Positions 1 through 11,727 of a DNA stretch of 64,000 nucleotides are shown here, in pieces. Each line of letters starts with the position of its first letter. Positions within the stretch are counted from its first letter, which is position 1. The translations under genes were made by a program, and so were the position numbers. Location: NCBI GenBank assembly GCA_965216755.1, contig CBDCGL010000011.1:928001-992000 (forward strand). Reading direction: 5' to 3'. This DNA is from Alphaproteobacteria bacterium (GTDB taxonomy: Bacteria; Pseudomonadota; Alphaproteobacteria; UBA7887). The notes beneath the pieces are model-generated. The model searched no databases. It saw only the letters and a program-made list of their open reading frames with translations, and was not told where the DNA came from.

Positions 1-669
1 TTGCTCCGGCAACCGAAAATAGAGCTGTGCCTGCGACAGAGGCATGTAAACAAAGCTTGAATCATATTCGATCATGCCGACATCGAACATCGCCGCAACT
101 CTGTAAGCGCGTGCCCGCGGTACCGTGCCAAAAACCGTGCTGCGGCCTTCCGGCGATATCAGGGTTACCTCCCCGCCAACCGCGACGCCCAGGCTGCGCG
201 CCAATCTGTACCCGATGACGATGGTATCGGCGTCGGCCGAGAAGCCATCCAAAGAGCCGTCAACGATACCATTGGCGATAATTTCGCGGGCCCTCAGATC
301 CCGCGGACGAATGCCGCGAACCATGGCCCCGCGGGCGGCCGTACCCGCCGTCGCCATGACCTGACCTTCAATTCCCGGCGTGACCATGACGACATTTGCT
401 TGCGCCGCTATGCTGCCAGTAACTCGATCAAAATCGGCAATGCCCTCGCCGGGAATGCTGGCATGAATGATGACGTGCCCGCCGACGCCCAAGATCCGAT
501 CGAGCAATTCTTGCCGAAATCCGTTCATGACCGACATCACGATGATCAGCGTCGCGACGCCGAGCGCGATGCCGATCAGCGAAAACCAGGCGATGACCGA
601 AATGAAGCCCTCCTGCCGGCGCGCCCGAAGATAGCGGCCGGCAACCCACCGCTCAAATGATGTGAACAC
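1..669 (-). CDS. lolE: Lipoprotein-releasing ABC transporter permease LolC/E (runs off window start)
   Basis: Not in ORF track; hand translation from GTG at 669 gives MFTSFERWVAGRYLRARRQEGFISVIAWFSLIGIALGVATLIIVMSVMNGFRQELLDRILG; usual position after proS. Confidence 0.9.
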   Translation of the reverse strand, partial: MFTSFERWVAGRYLRARRQEGFISVIAWFSLIGIALGVATLIIVMSVMNGFRQELLDRILGVGGHVIIHASIPGEGIADFDRVTGSIAAQANVVMVTPGIEGQVMATAGTAARGAMVRGIRPRDLRAREIIANGIVDGSLDGFSADADTIVIGYRLARSLGVAVGGEVTLISPEGRSTVFGTVPRARAYRVAAMFDVGMIEYDSSFVYMPLSQAQLYFRLPEQ

Positions 670-739
670 CCGCTAGCGTTCCAGTTCCAGGATAAGCGTT
701 AACATCCAGGTGGCCCCCTTGCGGACTTTGGTCCGATAG

Positions 740-2059
740 CTAGCTGTGTAGGTTTGCTACAACGGCCTCAAGCGACATCTCCACGCGCTCGCCACCTTGC
801 CGCTGCTTGACTTCCGCATTTCCCTGTTTGACGCCGCGCGGCCCAACAACAACTTGGTGCGGCAGGCCAATTAGATCCATGGTCGCGAATTTGACCCCGG
901 CACGCTCGTCACGATCATCATAAAGCACCGATTTGCCGGAATTCTCCAACTCGCGGACGATCTTCTCACAAGCCGCGTCACAGGCTGTGTCGCCTGTCTT
1001 CAAATTGATCAGACCAACGTCAAATGGGGCCACCGTCTCCGGCCAAATAATGCCCGAGTCATCGTGGCTGGCCTCGATAATAGCCCCCACCAAACGAGAC
1101 ACGCCGATGCCATAGGATCCCATTTCGACAGTGATTAGCTCGCCATTCGGGCCCGTTACAAACGCGCCCAAAACCTTGGAATATTTGGATCCGAAGAAAA
1201 AGATGTGACCAACTTCGATGCCGCGCGCTTCGCGTTGTTGATCCGCCGACACGCCGGCCTCGAACGCGGCTTGGTCGTGTTGTTCATCGGTTGCCGCGTA
1301 AAGGCTCGTCCAGTCACGAACGATGCCGCTCAAATCACCGTCATAGTCAATATCCGACCCGAGTGGATCGAAAGACAGATAGTCCGCGTGGCAGAAAACC
1401 TGACTTTCGCCAGTTTCCGCCAAAATGATGAATTCATGACTCATATCGCCGCCAATGGGACCGGTGTCGGCGCGCATAGGGATAGCCTTCAGGCCCATGC
1501 GCGCAAATGTCCGCAAATAGGCGACGAACATTCGATTGTACGACTTGCGCGCCGCGTCTTGGTCCAAATCGAAAGAGTAATTGTCCTTCATCAGAAATTC
1601 GCGACCCCTCATGACGCCAAAACGCGGCCGCACTTCATCGCGAAACTTCCATTGGATTTGATAGAGATTGAGTGGCAAATCGCGATAGCTTTTGACGTTC
1701 TGGCGGAATATGTCGGTCACGACCTCTTCGTGTGTTGGCCCAAACAACATCGGCCGATCGTGGCGATCCGTAATACGCAACATCTCGCGCCCATAATCAT
1801 CGTAGCGGCCACTCTCCTGCCATAGTTCGGCCGGCTGAATCGCGGGCATCAGGATCTCCTGGCAGCCCGCAGCATCCATTTCCGACCGCACAATCGCCTC
1901 GATTTTGCGTAACACCCGATAACCGAGAGGCAACCAGCTATAAATACCGGCACTCGATTGCCGAATCATTCCGGCGCGCAACATCAACCTGTGGGAGACG
2001 ATGGTCGCCTCGCTGGGATCTTCTTTGATGGTCGGCAGAAAATATCCGGAAAGTCGCAT
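740..2059 (-). CDS. proS: Proline--tRNA ligase (short alphaproteobacterial type)
   Basis: [49 protein letters not shown]. Confidence 0.97.
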   Translation of the reverse strand: MRLSGYFLPTIKEDPSEATIVSHRLMLRAGMIRQSSAGIYSWLPLGYRVLRKIEAIVRSEMDAAGCQEILMPAIQPAELWQESGRYDDYGREMLRITDRHDRPMLFGPTHEEVVTDIFRQNVKSYRDLPLNLYQIQWKFRDEVRPRFGVMRGREFLMKDNYSFDLDQDAARKSYNRMFVAYLRTFARMGLKAIPMRADTGPIGGDMSHEFIILAETGESQVFCHADYLSFDPLGSDIDYDGDLSGIVRDWTSLYAATDEQHDQAAFEAGVSADQQREARGIEVGHIFFFGSKYSKVLGAFVTGPNGELITVEMGSYGIGVSRLVGAIIEASHDDSGIIWPETVAPFDVGLINLKTGDTACDAACEKIVRELENSGKSVLYDDRDERAGVKFATMDLIGLPHQVVVGPRGVKQGNAEVKQRQGGERVEMSLEAVVANLHS

Positions 2060-2139
2060 CACGATTCCGTTCGCAAGTCCATCGCGGGTCGCTGCGGAAG
2101 GGGGCCAAATCTATGAGATGATGCGGCTTATGGCAATGA

Positions 2140-2592
2140 TCAGGGTCGTGCCGGATTGCGTTCCACGCACGCCGCCGCCAGTGCCCGCTGTTCGTCAGAG
2201 GTGAGCGGCCGATCGCCAAGATAAACCACGCCGTCACGAACCCTAATCTCGCCTGCATTGACCAACCCGTCGGCGAGTGCCGGTGGCGGCACGGTGTAGT
2301 CGGCCAAAGGGATTCGCGGATCAACCGAAACGTCCGCCGGATCAATGATGAGCGTGTCACTATCGGGAAGGTCGGCCGGGACGACCACCTCCCCATCGAT
2401 GCCGACCCGGGACTGGTACGCAACGTCCGCCGCCGGTGCGTGCCGAACGAGCGCGTCGCAATCCACCCCGTTTATTGCAAATTCCTCAGCGTCAACGTCT
2501 GACGACTGCGCAAGCGCGCCGCCGGTAAATGAAGCCAATATCACGGTAAATGCCACTATTTCAAAGAAGTGCTTTGCGTAACGCTTGTCCAT
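2140..2592 (-). CDS. Secreted hypothetical protein
   Basis: Signal peptide ending ALA-Q; acidic mature part with two Cys; CxxLVxHxPxxDVxY..G..V.PADL pattern. Confidence 0.7.
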   Translation of the reverse strand: MDKRYAKHFFEIVAFTVILASFTGGALAQSSDVDAEEFAINGVDCDALVRHAPAADVAYQSRVGIDGEVVVPADLPDSDTLIIDPADVSVDPRIPLADYTVPPPALADGLVNAGEIRVRDGVVYLGDRPLTSDEQRALAAACVERNPARP

Positions 2593-2715
2593 GGCAACAA
2601 CAATCCCGCGTCGATGCTAAGGAAGCGATAACGATCGAAAGAGAGATATATTGCATTTAAGCAAAATCCTAATTTAATTAGTGACGAAATGCGTAATAGC
2701 TATTATTCTTCGCAT

Positions 2716-2885
2716 CACTAATGTGGAGCCGTACCACATAGCCAAATGCGGTCCAGGTTTAGGGAGGAAGGACTGCGGAGAAGCGACTGCCCCGAGGTCG
2801 CTATTCCGCATGCCGCATTGCTAGGCTAAATAACTTTGCCTATTGGCGAGCAAGGCCTTATCAAAGGTCTTGCTCTTTTCTTTTT
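2716..2885 (+). ncRNA. Candidate structured sRNA (positional analogue of alpha-r9/Smr9C); 5' end uncertain
   Basis: Several nested hairpins ending in a + strand intrinsic terminator, between two minus-strand genes. Confidence 0.55.
2848..2885 (+). terminator. Intrinsic terminator
   Basis: GAGCAAGGCCTT-atca-AAGGTCTTGCTC followed by TTTTCTTTTT. Confidence 0.8.
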
Positions 2886-2895
2886 GCGAGAACCT

Positions 2896-3177
2896 TTAGG
2901 AAGGTTCGAACTGCCGCGTGTCGAGCGGCGCCGGTGGCCGAAGCCATTCCTTCAGAGGCAACCAGCCGGCATCAGCCGAAAACCAGATGGCAGTTGTAAT
3001 CAGGACACTCACGATGGTTGCCACGCCGGCCTTTAGGAGCATACGCGGGCGCTCTGGCGCACCATGATCCATGCCCGGTTCGGGGGATTCTTGACGCCGC
3101 ACGCCAAATGGTAGGCTGATGAATAGGACCATCCACCAGATGATCACGAAAACAACGATTGTGCCAGCTGTGTCCAA
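2896..3177 (-). CDS. DUF1467 family small membrane protein
   Basis: VVFVIIWWMVLFISLPFGVR...GAPERP; usual position after mce. Confidence 0.85.
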   Translation of the reverse strand: MDTAGTIVVFVIIWWMVLFISLPFGVRRQESPEPGMDHGAPERPRMLLKAGVATIVSVLITTAIWFSADAGWLPLKEWLRPPAPLDTRQFEPS

Positions 3178-3183
3178 CGTGGG

Positions 3184-3588
3184 TTAGGCTTGTTCGAGTT
3201 CGATCAGCGTGCCGACGAAGTCCTTCGGATGTAGAAACAACACCGGCTTTTCGTGTGCGCCGATTCTTGGTTCGCCGTTGCCAAGTACGCGCACGCCCTT
3301 GGCGCGCAATTGATCGCGCGCGGCAATGATATCATCAACTTCATAGCAGACGTGGTGCACGCCACCAGCCGGATTTCGCGCCAAAAAACCTGCAATTGGA
3401 GATACATCACCAAGCGGATGAAGCAGTTCGATCTTGCTGTTCGGCAATGTTACGAACACTGTCGTGACCCCGTGTCTCGGCAATGGGACCGGATCGGACA
3501 CATCGCCGCCCAGCACATCTCGATATAACGCCGCGGCCTGTTTCAGATCAGGTACGGCGATCGCGACATGATTCAGCCGGCCGATCAT
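3184..3588 (-). CDS. mce: Methylmalonyl-CoA epimerase
   Basis: LNHVAIAVPDL, KIELLHPLG, GGVHHVCYEV, PVLFLHPKDF.GTLIELEQ. Confidence 0.95.
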   Translation of the reverse strand: MIGRLNHVAIAVPDLKQAAALYRDVLGGDVSDPVPLPRHGVTTVFVTLPNSKIELLHPLGDVSPIAGFLARNPAGGVHHVCYEVDDIIAARDQLRAKGVRVLGNGEPRIGAHEKPVLFLHPKDFVGTLIELEQA

Positions 3589-3609
3589 TGAAAATACGTG
3601 CCTCCCTTC

Positions 3610-5280
3610 TCAAACACGGACGAGTTCCACCATGATCGGTGGTCGCTTGTCGTGAAGCCGTCGAATTTCGCGCCGCACCACAAGACGAGCTGCCTCGCGC
3701 ACTGTTTGGTCGTTGGCGCGTTGGGCAGGCGCCATCTCTTCCAGATGCCGGTCAATGCGTTGGGCCAAGTCTTCACATAGCACCTTGTCGTCGTTGACGA
3801 TACCGCGCGTCGCCACGCGTGACGGCGCCAACAGGCGACCATGGCTATCGGTCACCAGCGTCACGAACGCGGTTCCATCGAACATTAGGCGCCGCCGTTC
3901 ACGCAATACCGGACTGTCAGTCGCGATCAATGATCGTCCGTCCAGTGCCAGCCGGCCGTTCGAGACATGGTCGACGACTTGCGCCGGACCCGGTGCAAGC
4001 CGTATGACGGCCCCGTTTTCCGGCTCCACAACCTCGGGAACCTGAATCGATCGGGCGAGCGCGGCGTGGGCCGCAATGTGACGACGTTCACCATGCACAG
4101 GCACCGCGGCGCGCGGTCTGACCCAATCGTAATAGCGGGCCAGCTCATCTTGTGACGGATGCCCAGAAACGTGGACAAAGTGGTCCTTTTCCGTGATCAC
4201 TTTGACGCCCTGGGCAATCAGCTGATTGTGCAAACGTCCGATTGAACGCTCATTACCCGGAATAATCTTAGACGAGAATATCACCAGGTCGTCCTCTTCC
4301 AGTACGATCTGGGGGTGGTCGCCATTCGCGATGCGAGCCATGGCGCCGCGTGGTTCCCCCTGACAACCAGTGCAGATCAGGAGTACTTTGTTGGGCGGCA
4401 AAAAGCCCGCATCCACCGCACTTACGAAGGGCGGAATATCGGCCAGGTATCCGGCCTCGCGCGCGGCCTCGGTCACGCGCCAAAGGCTGCGCCCGATCAA
4501 CGCCGCATGGCGGCCATGGGTCGCCGCAACCACTGCAAGTGTTTCCAAACGAGCGATATTTGACGCAAAAGTCGTCACCGCGACTCGTTCTTTTTGCTGC
4601 CCAACCAGCCGCAGCAAACTGTCGCGCACCGCCCTTTCTGAGCCGCTCTCACCCGGCTGAAAAGCGTTTGTGGAATCGCACACCATGGCGATCACGCCGT
4701 CGGCGCCATGCCGCTGCAAGGCCGCAACGTTGGTCACCTCACCCACCAGAGGTTCGGGATCGATCTTGAAATCGCCGGTATGAAGAACCGTTCCCAGCCG
4801 CGTCTTAATGGCGACGGCGTTTGGCTCAGCGATCGAATGGGTCACAGTGATCATTTCCAGATCGAAGGGACCGATTTGGATTCGACCGCCCAAAGGCACT
4901 TCAATCAACTGTTCTGGGCGGGCCACCTCCTCGCCGGCCAACTTCCTGCGCAGCAGTGCTGCCGTGAATGGTGTGGCGTAGACCGGGCATTGCAGCCGCT
5001 CCCAAAGATACGGGACCGCGCCCAAATGATCTTCGTGACCATGGGTAAGAACCAAAGCGAGAAGATCGTCGCGACGCGCCTCGATAAAAGACGGGTCGGG
5101 CATGACGATATCGATTCCGGGTAGGCGCTCTTCGCCAAATGCGACGCCCAAATCGATCATCAGCCATTTCCCGTCGAGGCCATATAGGTTGAGGTTCATA
5201 CCGATCTCGCTGGAACCGCCGAGCGGCACAAACAAGAGCTCTCCGTCGGGCGAAGCGCCGGCGCCGCCGCCCGCGCTCAT
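3610..5280 (-). CDS. rnj: Ribonuclease J
   Basis: PLGG..EIGMN, THGHEDHLGA, HTGDFKID, HVSGH, PVHGE. Confidence 0.95.
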   Translation of the reverse strand: MSAGGGAGASPDGELLFVPLGGSSEIGMNLNLYGLDGKWLMIDLGVAFGEERLPGIDIVMPDPSFIEARRDDLLALVLTHGHEDHLGAVPYLWERLQCPVYATPFTAALLRRKLAGEEVARPEQLIEVPLGGRIQIGPFDLEMITVTHSIAEPNAVAIKTRLGTVLHTGDFKIDPEPLVGEVTNVAALQRHGADGVIAMVCDSTNAFQPGESGSERAVRDSLLRLVGQQKERVAVTTFASNIARLETLAVVAATHGRHAALIGRSLWRVTEAAREAGYLADIPPFVSAVDAGFLPPNKVLLICTGCQGEPRGAMARIANGDHPQIVLEEDDLVIFSSKIIPGNERSIGRLHNQLIAQGVKVITEKDHFVHVSGHPSQDELARYYDWVRPRAAVPVHGERRHIAAHAALARSIQVPEVVEPENGAVIRLAPGPAQVVDHVSNGRLALDGRSLIATDSPVLRERRRLMFDGTAFVTLVTDSHGRLLAPSRVATRGIVNDDKVLCEDLAQRIDRHLEEMAPAQRANDQTVREAARLVVRREIRRLHDKRPPIMVELVRV

Positions 5281-6071
5281 GTAGCCTCGTCGCGCTGGTT
5301 CCGGTCATGCACGAGTCGAAGACCGTGCAATATCAGATCGGATTCAACCACATCGATACAATCGGCGGCTTCGTTGAATAAAGGTGCCAAGCCGCCGGTC
5401 GCGACAACTTTCATCGGCTTGCCGACCTCAGTCTTGATCCGCCCGATTAACCCTTCGATCAAACCGACATAGCCCCAATAGACGCCCGATTGCATGGCTT
5501 CCACGGTGCCTTTACCGATGACCTTGTCGGTTCGCTCGACTGAAACCCTGGGCAACCGCGCGGCCGCCCGCTCCAAGGCATCGATTGACAAGTTAACGCC
5601 GGGAGCAATCACGCCGCCTTCGTAGTGTCCGTCGGGGCTCACCACGTCCAGGGTTGTCGCGGTGCCAAAGTCAACCACGATCAGCCAATCTTGGTAGCGT
5701 TCGTGCGCCGCTACAGCATTGACCAAACGATCCGCGCCGACCTCTGCTGGTCGTGTGATGTGGACCTCGATGCCCAAATCCGTACCGTCGCCGACAATAA
5801 GCGGAACGCACCGAAAAAAGCGCCGGCACAGGGTTTCGACGGCGAACAGAGCTTGCGGAACGACCGTTGCGATGACCGCCGCCGAAATGGCGCCGGGTGA
5901 GATCCCGTCGAGAGACATCAATTGTGTTAGCCAGACGGCATATTCCTCAGCCGTGCGCCGAGGATTTGTTGATGTTCGCCATTGATCGACCAACTCGGCG
6001 CCATCGAACACTGCGAAAACAACGTTCGTGTTGCCGGCATCGATCGCGAGAAGCAGATCCTTTTTGTCCAT
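5277..6071 (-). CDS. coaX: Type III pantothenate kinase
   Basis: LAIDAGNTN, GADRLVN, VVDFGTATT, GGVIAPG; start taken at ATG 6071. Confidence 0.95.
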   Translation of the reverse strand: MDKKDLLLAIDAGNTNVVFAVFDGAELVDQWRTSTNPRRTAEEYAVWLTQLMSLDGISPGAISAAVIATVVPQALFAVETLCRRFFRCVPLIVGDGTDLGIEVHITRPAEVGADRLVNAVAAHERYQDWLIVVDFGTATTLDVVSPDGHYEGGVIAPGVNLSIDALERAAARLPRVSVERTDKVIGKGTVEAMQSGVYWGYVGLIEGLIGRIKTEVGKPMKVVATGGLAPLFNEAADCIDVVESDLILHGLRLVHDRNQRDEAT

Positions 6072-6075
6072 CAGA

Positions 6076-6843
6076 TCACGGTGCGGTCGTGGGCGGAAAC
6101 ACCGCGCCGGCCACAATCCGCCGACTGTCGCCGCTCGTTAGCTCAAGCACGAGCGCACCAGACTCATCAAGGTCGAGAAACGTCCCCTGCACGCGCTCTT
6201 GATCCAAACGAACCTCGATCGGGTCACCAAGGCCATGGGCGCGCGCAAGCCATGCGCGACGAAGCGGTCCAAATCCTTCATGGGTCCAAATACTAGACCA
6301 TCTGCGAAAATGGCGCACGAATGCGCCCAGGATGTCGTCGGAAGAAACATTGCTCGCGCCCTCAAATTCGAAACTTGTCGCTGGAAATTCAGCGCCATCG
6401 GGAAAAGAGCGAATGTTCACGCCAATGCCCACGATCACCCACTCCAATCGCTGCGGCGCCCGCACCGTCGACTCGAGCAAGATTCCCGACACCTTGCGGC
6501 CGTTCAGCAAAAGATCGTTGGGCCATTTGTAGGTCAGCGCGACCAAAGGCGGCAACAGACCGCCCAACGCGTCGCCCAAAGCGAGAGCCGCGACGAAAGA
6601 CAATTGTGCGGCGGTATCCACATCGACTCTTGGTCGCAACAAAAGCGAGAAGTACAGATTGCCCGGCGGCGAGTCCCAGGCCCTATCGCGACGCCCGCGG
6701 CCGGCCGTTTGCGATCGCGTGCGGATCAGCAATCCATCGGGCGCGCCCCGCTCGGCTTGTCGGCGAGCCTCGGCGTTGGTGCTGTCGATCGTTTCGAATT
6801 CCAGAAGGCGATAGCCGGGTGGTAATCGTACGGTCTCGCTCAC
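6076..6843 (-). CDS. birA: Biotin--[acetyl-CoA-carboxylase] ligase (no HTH)
   Basis: DSTN, QTAGRGRR, KWPND, KVSGILLE; GTG at 6843 overlaps nuoN stop. Confidence 0.95.
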   Translation of the reverse strand: MSETVRLPPGYRLLEFETIDSTNAEARRQAERGAPDGLLIRTRSQTAGRGRRDRAWDSPPGNLYFSLLLRPRVDVDTAAQLSFVAALALGDALGGLLPPLVALTYKWPNDLLLNGRKVSGILLESTVRAPQRLEWVIVGIGVNIRSFPDGAEFPATSFEFEGASNVSSDDILGAFVRHFRRWSSIWTHEGFGPLRRAWLARAHGLGDPIEVRLDQERVQGTFLDLDESGALVLELTSGDSRRIVAGAVFPPTTAP

Positions 6844-8279
6844 GGATACAAAGCGGTGGCCGCCGTCGCGGCACTGGCCACGACCGGTTCTACAAACACC
6901 GGTAGAAGCAAAATGAACAAGCAACACAAGACGATGACATTCGACAATTCACGCCCCATCGGCCGGTCAAACGGCTCGCGTGCATCGTCAAAGAACATCA
7001 CTTTGACGACGCGCAGATAGTAAAACGCAGCCACAACGCTGGTCAAAACACCAATAATCGCCAATGGAAACAAGCCCTGGTCGACTGCCGCGCGGAATAC
7101 ATAAAACTTGCCGAAGAATCCGGCCAATGGCGGAATTCCTGCCATGGAGAACATCAGGGCAGCGAGTCCGGTTGCCAAGAGCGGATGATATTTGCCCAGC
7201 CCGGCCAGGTCGGCGATCCCTTCAACCATTTCGCCTTTGACCCGCATCGCCAGAATGCAGCCGAATGTGCCGATCGTCATGGCCAGATATATCGCCATGT
7301 ATACGATCACCGCCTGAACACCATTCTCGCTGCCGGCCGCCAACCCGACCAACGCGTATCCGATATGACCAATCGAACTATACGCCATCAGGCGCTTGAT
7401 ATTGGTTTGGTAAACGGCGGCAAATGCGCCCAATACCATTGACGCGATCGACACAAACACAACAACCTGTCGCCAATCGCCGACCATCTCGCCAAACGGC
7501 TCAATCAAGACCCGCAGCAGCAGACCAATGGCGGCGATTTTTGGCGCAGCGGCAAAGAAGGCGGTGATCGGGGTTGGCGCCCCCTCGTAGACATCGGGGG
7601 TCCACATATGAAACGGGACAGCGGAGACTTTGAACGCCAGGCCCGCGAGCAAGAAGACGATGCCGATTGTTAGTCCAAGGTGGTCCGATTCAATTGCTAT
7701 GCGCGCCGCCAAATCATCAAAATTGGTGGTCCCGCCAAAGCCATAAATCAACGAACAACCGTAAAGCAGCAATCCCGAAGAGAGCGCACCGAGAACGAAA
7801 TACTTCAGCCCAGCCTCTGCCGCCCGCTGCGAATCTCGCTTGATGGCCGCCAATATGTAAAGCGACAAGCTTTGCAGCTCCAGCCCGACATAGAGCGCCA
7901 TCAGGTCATTGGCGGAGACCATCATCATCATCCCGAGCGTGGCGAACAGCACCAACACCGGAAACTCAAACTGCCGCATGTTTTGGCGCTCACGGAAGCC
8001 GTGCGACATGACCAAGGTCAGCCCTGCGCCCGCCACGATCAGAGCTTTCATAAATCGCGCGAATGCGTCGGCAACAAACATCCCATCGAAGGTCTGTACA
8101 TTCGCGCCTTCCATGGCAAGGACGGCGCCGAGCGTGGCGATGAGCGTCAATTCAGCCAGCCAGATGACCGAACGATCCGAATCCGAACCTTGAAAGACAC
8201 CGACCAGGAGCAAGAGGATCGCGCCGAACAAGAGAATCAGTTCAGGAATAGCGGGTAGAAGATTGGGAAAATCTGCCAT
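6840..8279 (-). CDS. nuoN: NADH-quinone oxidoreductase subunit N
   Basis: EAGLKYFVLG, FKVSAVPFHMWTPDVYEGAP. Confidence 0.97.
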   Translation of the reverse strand: MADFPNLLPAIPELILLFGAILLLLVGVFQGSDSDRSVIWLAELTLIATLGAVLAMEGANVQTFDGMFVADAFARFMKALIVAGAGLTLVMSHGFRERQNMRQFEFPVLVLFATLGMMMMVSANDLMALYVGLELQSLSLYILAAIKRDSQRAAEAGLKYFVLGALSSGLLLYGCSLIYGFGGTTNFDDLAARIAIESDHLGLTIGIVFLLAGLAFKVSAVPFHMWTPDVYEGAPTPITAFFAAAPKIAAIGLLLRVLIEPFGEMVGDWRQVVVFVSIASMVLGAFAAVYQTNIKRLMAYSSIGHIGYALVGLAAGSENGVQAVIVYMAIYLAMTIGTFGCILAMRVKGEMVEGIADLAGLGKYHPLLATGLAALMFSMAGIPPLAGFFGKFYVFRAAVDQGLFPLAIIGVLTSVVAAFYYLRVVKVMFFDDAREPFDRPMGRELSNVIVLCCLFILLLPVFVEPVVASAATAATALYP

Positions 8280-8288
8280 CTTTGCGCC

Positions 8289-9797
8289 TTACCGTGATGC
8301 CGACATATCGGCCGTCGGCACGACCGCGCCCGCCTGCGCAACAAGGTTCTCCACTGACGCATGCATTACATCGAGGAACGAATTTGGATAGATACCCATC
8401 CAAAACACGGCAACAACCAGCGGTGCAAAAACAGCCAGTTCGCGACGATCCATATCGGTGATCCGCTTCAAATCATCCTTGGTCAGAGCGCCGAATATCA
8501 CCCGCCTATAGAGCCACAGCATGTACGCGGCACCCAAGATGATCCCCAGGCAGGCTAATGTCGCGACCCACGTATTGACCTGGAACGCGCCCATCAGCAC
8601 CAGGAACTCACCGACAAAACCAGCGGTGCCAGGCAAGCCGATCGATGCCATGGTGAAGATCATAAATGTGAACGCGTAGGTCGGCATCCGTTCCACCAAG
8701 CCGCCGTAAGTCGCAATCTCGCGCGAATGCATACGGTCGTACACCACGCCGACGCAAAGAAACAAAGCTGACGAGATGACACCGTGGCTCAACATCACCA
8801 TCAACGCACCCTCCACACCTTGGGCGGTGAGGGTGAAAATACCGATCGTCACAAAGCCCATATGTGCAACGGACGAATACGCGATCAGCTTCTTCATGTC
8901 CTCCTGCATCAGCGCGACCAGTGACGTGTAGACGATCGCCACGATGCTCAGCGTGTAGATCATGGGGGCGAAGAAGGCCGAGGCCTCGGGCAAGATCGGC
9001 AACGACAACCGCAAGAAGCCGTACGCGCCCATCTTCAGAAGAACGCCAGCCAGGATGACCGACCCTGCGGTGGGCGCCTCGACATGGGCGTCGGGCAACC
9101 ACGTGTGCACCGGCCACATAGGAACTTTGACCGCAAAGGACGCCAGCAAAGCCAGCCACAACCAACGTTGTAGATCCAGGTCAAAGCCATATCCCATCAG
9201 CGCCGGGATCTGCGTCGTGCCAGCGACGACGTACATGGCCAAGATAGCAATCAGAAACAGAACAGAACCGGCCAACGTGTAGAGAAAGAACTTAAACGCG
9301 GCATAAACGCGGCGTGGCCCGCCCCATACCCCGATGATCAAAAACATCGGGATCAGCATGCCTTCGAAAAACAGGTAAAAAAGGACCGTATCGAGCGCGC
9401 AGAAAACGCCGATCATCATCGCTTCCAACAACAGGAAGGCGATCAGATATTCCTTCACGCGCGCGGTGATCGTTACCCAACTGGCAAGCACACAAATCGG
9501 AATCAGGAACGCGGACAGCAAGATAAACAGTATTGAAATCCCGTCGACGCCGACATAGTAAGTCACGCCCAGCGATGGAATCCATTGATATTGCTCAACG
9601 AATTGGAATTCGGCCGTGGTGTTGTCGAATGCGATCCACAGCAGCACCGCGAGAACCAGGGTCACCAATGATGTGAACATGGCGGTATGTCGCGCGTTGC
9701 GCGCCACCAGCGCTTCGTCACCACGCGTCGCGAATATGAACAACGCCCCCACCAGCGGCAGGAAGATCAACACTGTCAGAATTGGTGCATCGGTCAC
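8289..9797 (-). CDS. nuoM: NADH-quinone oxidoreductase subunit M
   Basis: [24 protein letters not shown]; start moved to GTG 9797 to avoid overlap with nuoL. Confidence 0.95.
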   Translation of the reverse strand: MTDAPILTVLIFLPLVGALFIFATRGDEALVARNARHTAMFTSLVTLVLAVLLWIAFDNTTAEFQFVEQYQWIPSLGVTYYVGVDGISILFILLSAFLIPICVLASWVTITARVKEYLIAFLLLEAMMIGVFCALDTVLFYLFFEGMLIPMFLIIGVWGGPRRVYAAFKFFLYTLAGSVLFLIAILAMYVVAGTTQIPALMGYGFDLDLQRWLWLALLASFAVKVPMWPVHTWLPDAHVEAPTAGSVILAGVLLKMGAYGFLRLSLPILPEASAFFAPMIYTLSIVAIVYTSLVALMQEDMKKLIAYSSVAHMGFVTIGIFTLTAQGVEGALMVMLSHGVISSALFLCVGVVYDRMHSREIATYGGLVERMPTYAFTFMIFTMASIGLPGTAGFVGEFLVLMGAFQVNTWVATLACLGIILGAAYMLWLYRRVIFGALTKDDLKRITDMDRRELAVFAPLVVAVFWMGIYPNSFLDVMHASVENLVAQAGAVVPTADMSASR

Positions 9798-9799
9798 GC

Positions 9800-11725
9800 T
9801 CAGCCCCCCGCCCGGAACATGAACCAGGTCACGATCACAGCAATCCCAATCAGCATGGCGAATGCGTAGTGATACACATAGCCGGACTGCAACCGGCTCG
9901 CCCAGCGCGATAAACCGACGACCGCCGCGGCGATACCGTCCGGCCCGACGCCATCGATCAAATCGCCGTCGCCAGCCATCCACAGACCGCGGCCAAGGCG
10001 TTTGGCCGGTCCGACGAAGACGCGTTCATAGAGCTCGTCGAAGTACCATTTGTTGAGCAAGAAATTGTAAAGGCCTGGCATGGCGCCGGCCAGACGGCCG
10101 GGCAGACCTGGTTGCGCCACATACATCACGTACGCGACGGAAATTCCAACAACGGCAAGAACCAGGGGTAACAGCTTGACCCACAACGGCACGTGATGTG
10201 CTGCCTCTAAGACGTTGTGATCGTCACGCACAAAAATCGATTCACCCCAGAAATGTCCATGTGCGTCGACCATGCTCAGCCCCAGCCAACCGGCAAAGAT
10301 GGCACCAACGGCGAGCAGAGCCAGTGGGATCAGCATGACTTTCGGCGACTCGTGGACATGTGCCAACGTCCGTTCGTCGCAACGGGCGTTGCCGTGGAAG
10401 GTCATGAACAACAGGCGCCAGGAGTAGAACGCTGTCATCAAGGCCGCGGCAGCGCCGAGCCAAAAAGCGTAACTACCAACGCCGGAATGCGCCGCGTACG
10501 CGGCTTCCAGAATCATATCTTTCGAGAAGAAGCCGGCGAACGGCGGGATCCCCGCCAACGCGAGCGAACCAATCCACATCAAGCCATAGGTCACCGGGAT
10601 CAATCGCCACAGCCCGCCCATGTTGCGCATATCTTGCTCGTCGGACATGGCATGGATCACGGAACCGGCGCCGAGGAACAGCAACGCCTTAAAGAAGGCG
10701 TGAGTCATCAGGTGAAAGATGCCCGCGGAATAAGCTGACACGCCGCAGGCAAAAAACATGTAGCCGAGTTGCGAACATGTTGAATAAGCGATCACGCGCT
10801 TGATGTCATTTTGAACCAAGCCGATTGTGGCCGCGAAGAATGCCGTCGACGCCCCGACAATGGTCACTACCGTCAGTGCTGTCTCGGAGTATTCGAACAG
10901 TGGTGAGCAGCGGGCGACCATGAACACGCCGGCGGTCACCATGGTGGCGGCATGGATCAGCGCCGAGACAGGTGTTGGACCTTCCATCGCGTCGGGCAAC
11001 CAGGTGTGCAGCAACAACTGGGCCGACTTGCCCATCGCCCCCATGAACAGCAACAGACAGATGACCGTGAGCGTGTCCACTTCCAAACCAATAAACGCGA
11101 TCGTCGTATCGGCAAATGTGGGCACCGCCGCGAAGACGGTTGCGTAGTCGACCGCGCCAAACACCATGAATATCGCAAATATGCCGAGGCCGAAGCCGAA
11201 GTCGCCAACACGATTGACCAGAAACGCCTTAATCGCGGCGGCGTTTGCCGCCGGGCGTGTATACCAGAAGCCGATCAGCAAGTAGCTGCACAGACCGACG
11301 CCCTCCCAGCCGAAATATAGCTGTACGAAATTGTCGGCCGTCACCAACATCAGCATGGAGAAGGTAAACAGCGACAAGTAGGCCATGAAACGCGGCACAC
11401 TGGAATCGTGCGCCATGTAGCCGACCGAATAGACGTGGACAAGCGCGGAGACGACAGAGACGACAAACACCATCACCGCGGTCAGCGCATCGAACTTCAG
11501 TGCCCAGGAGAACTGCAACGTACCCGACGTCATCCACGGCAGTAGCTCGACTTCAACGATGTTGCCAACAACGATGACCTCGTAGCCGATGACGACCGAC
11601 AAGACCGCCGACAGGATCAACGCACCGCAGGTGACAAATTGCGCGCCGCGATTACCGATGGCACGACCGAACAAGCCGGCGATCAAGGCGCCAATGAGAG
11701 GCAGAAAGACGCACGCGGTGTACAT
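9800..11725 (-). CDS. nuoL: NADH-quinone oxidoreductase subunit L
   Basis: [32 protein letters not shown]. Confidence 0.97.
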   Translation of the reverse strand: MYTACVFLPLIGALIAGLFGRAIGNRGAQFVTCGALILSAVLSVVIGYEVIVVGNIVEVELLPWMTSGTLQFSWALKFDALTAVMVFVVSVVSALVHVYSVGYMAHDSSVPRFMAYLSLFTFSMLMLVTADNFVQLYFGWEGVGLCSYLLIGFWYTRPAANAAAIKAFLVNRVGDFGFGLGIFAIFMVFGAVDYATVFAAVPTFADTTIAFIGLEVDTLTVICLLLFMGAMGKSAQLLLHTWLPDAMEGPTPVSALIHAATMVTAGVFMVARCSPLFEYSETALTVVTIVGASTAFFAATIGLVQNDIKRVIAYSTCSQLGYMFFACGVSAYSAGIFHLMTHAFFKALLFLGAGSVIHAMSDEQDMRNMGGLWRLIPVTYGLMWIGSLALAGIPPFAGFFSKDMILEAAYAAHSGVGSYAFWLGAAAALMTAFYSWRLLFMTFHGNARCDERTLAHVHESPKVMLIPLALLAVGAIFAGWLGLSMVDAHGHFWGESIFVRDDHNVLEAAHHVPLWVKLLPLVLAVVGISVAYVMYVAQPGLPGRLAGAMPGLYNFLLNKWYFDELYERVFVGPAKRLGRGLWMAGDGDLIDGVGPDGIAAAVVGLSRWASRLQSGYVYHYAFAMLIGIAVIVTWFMFRAGG

Positions 11726-11727
11726 CG

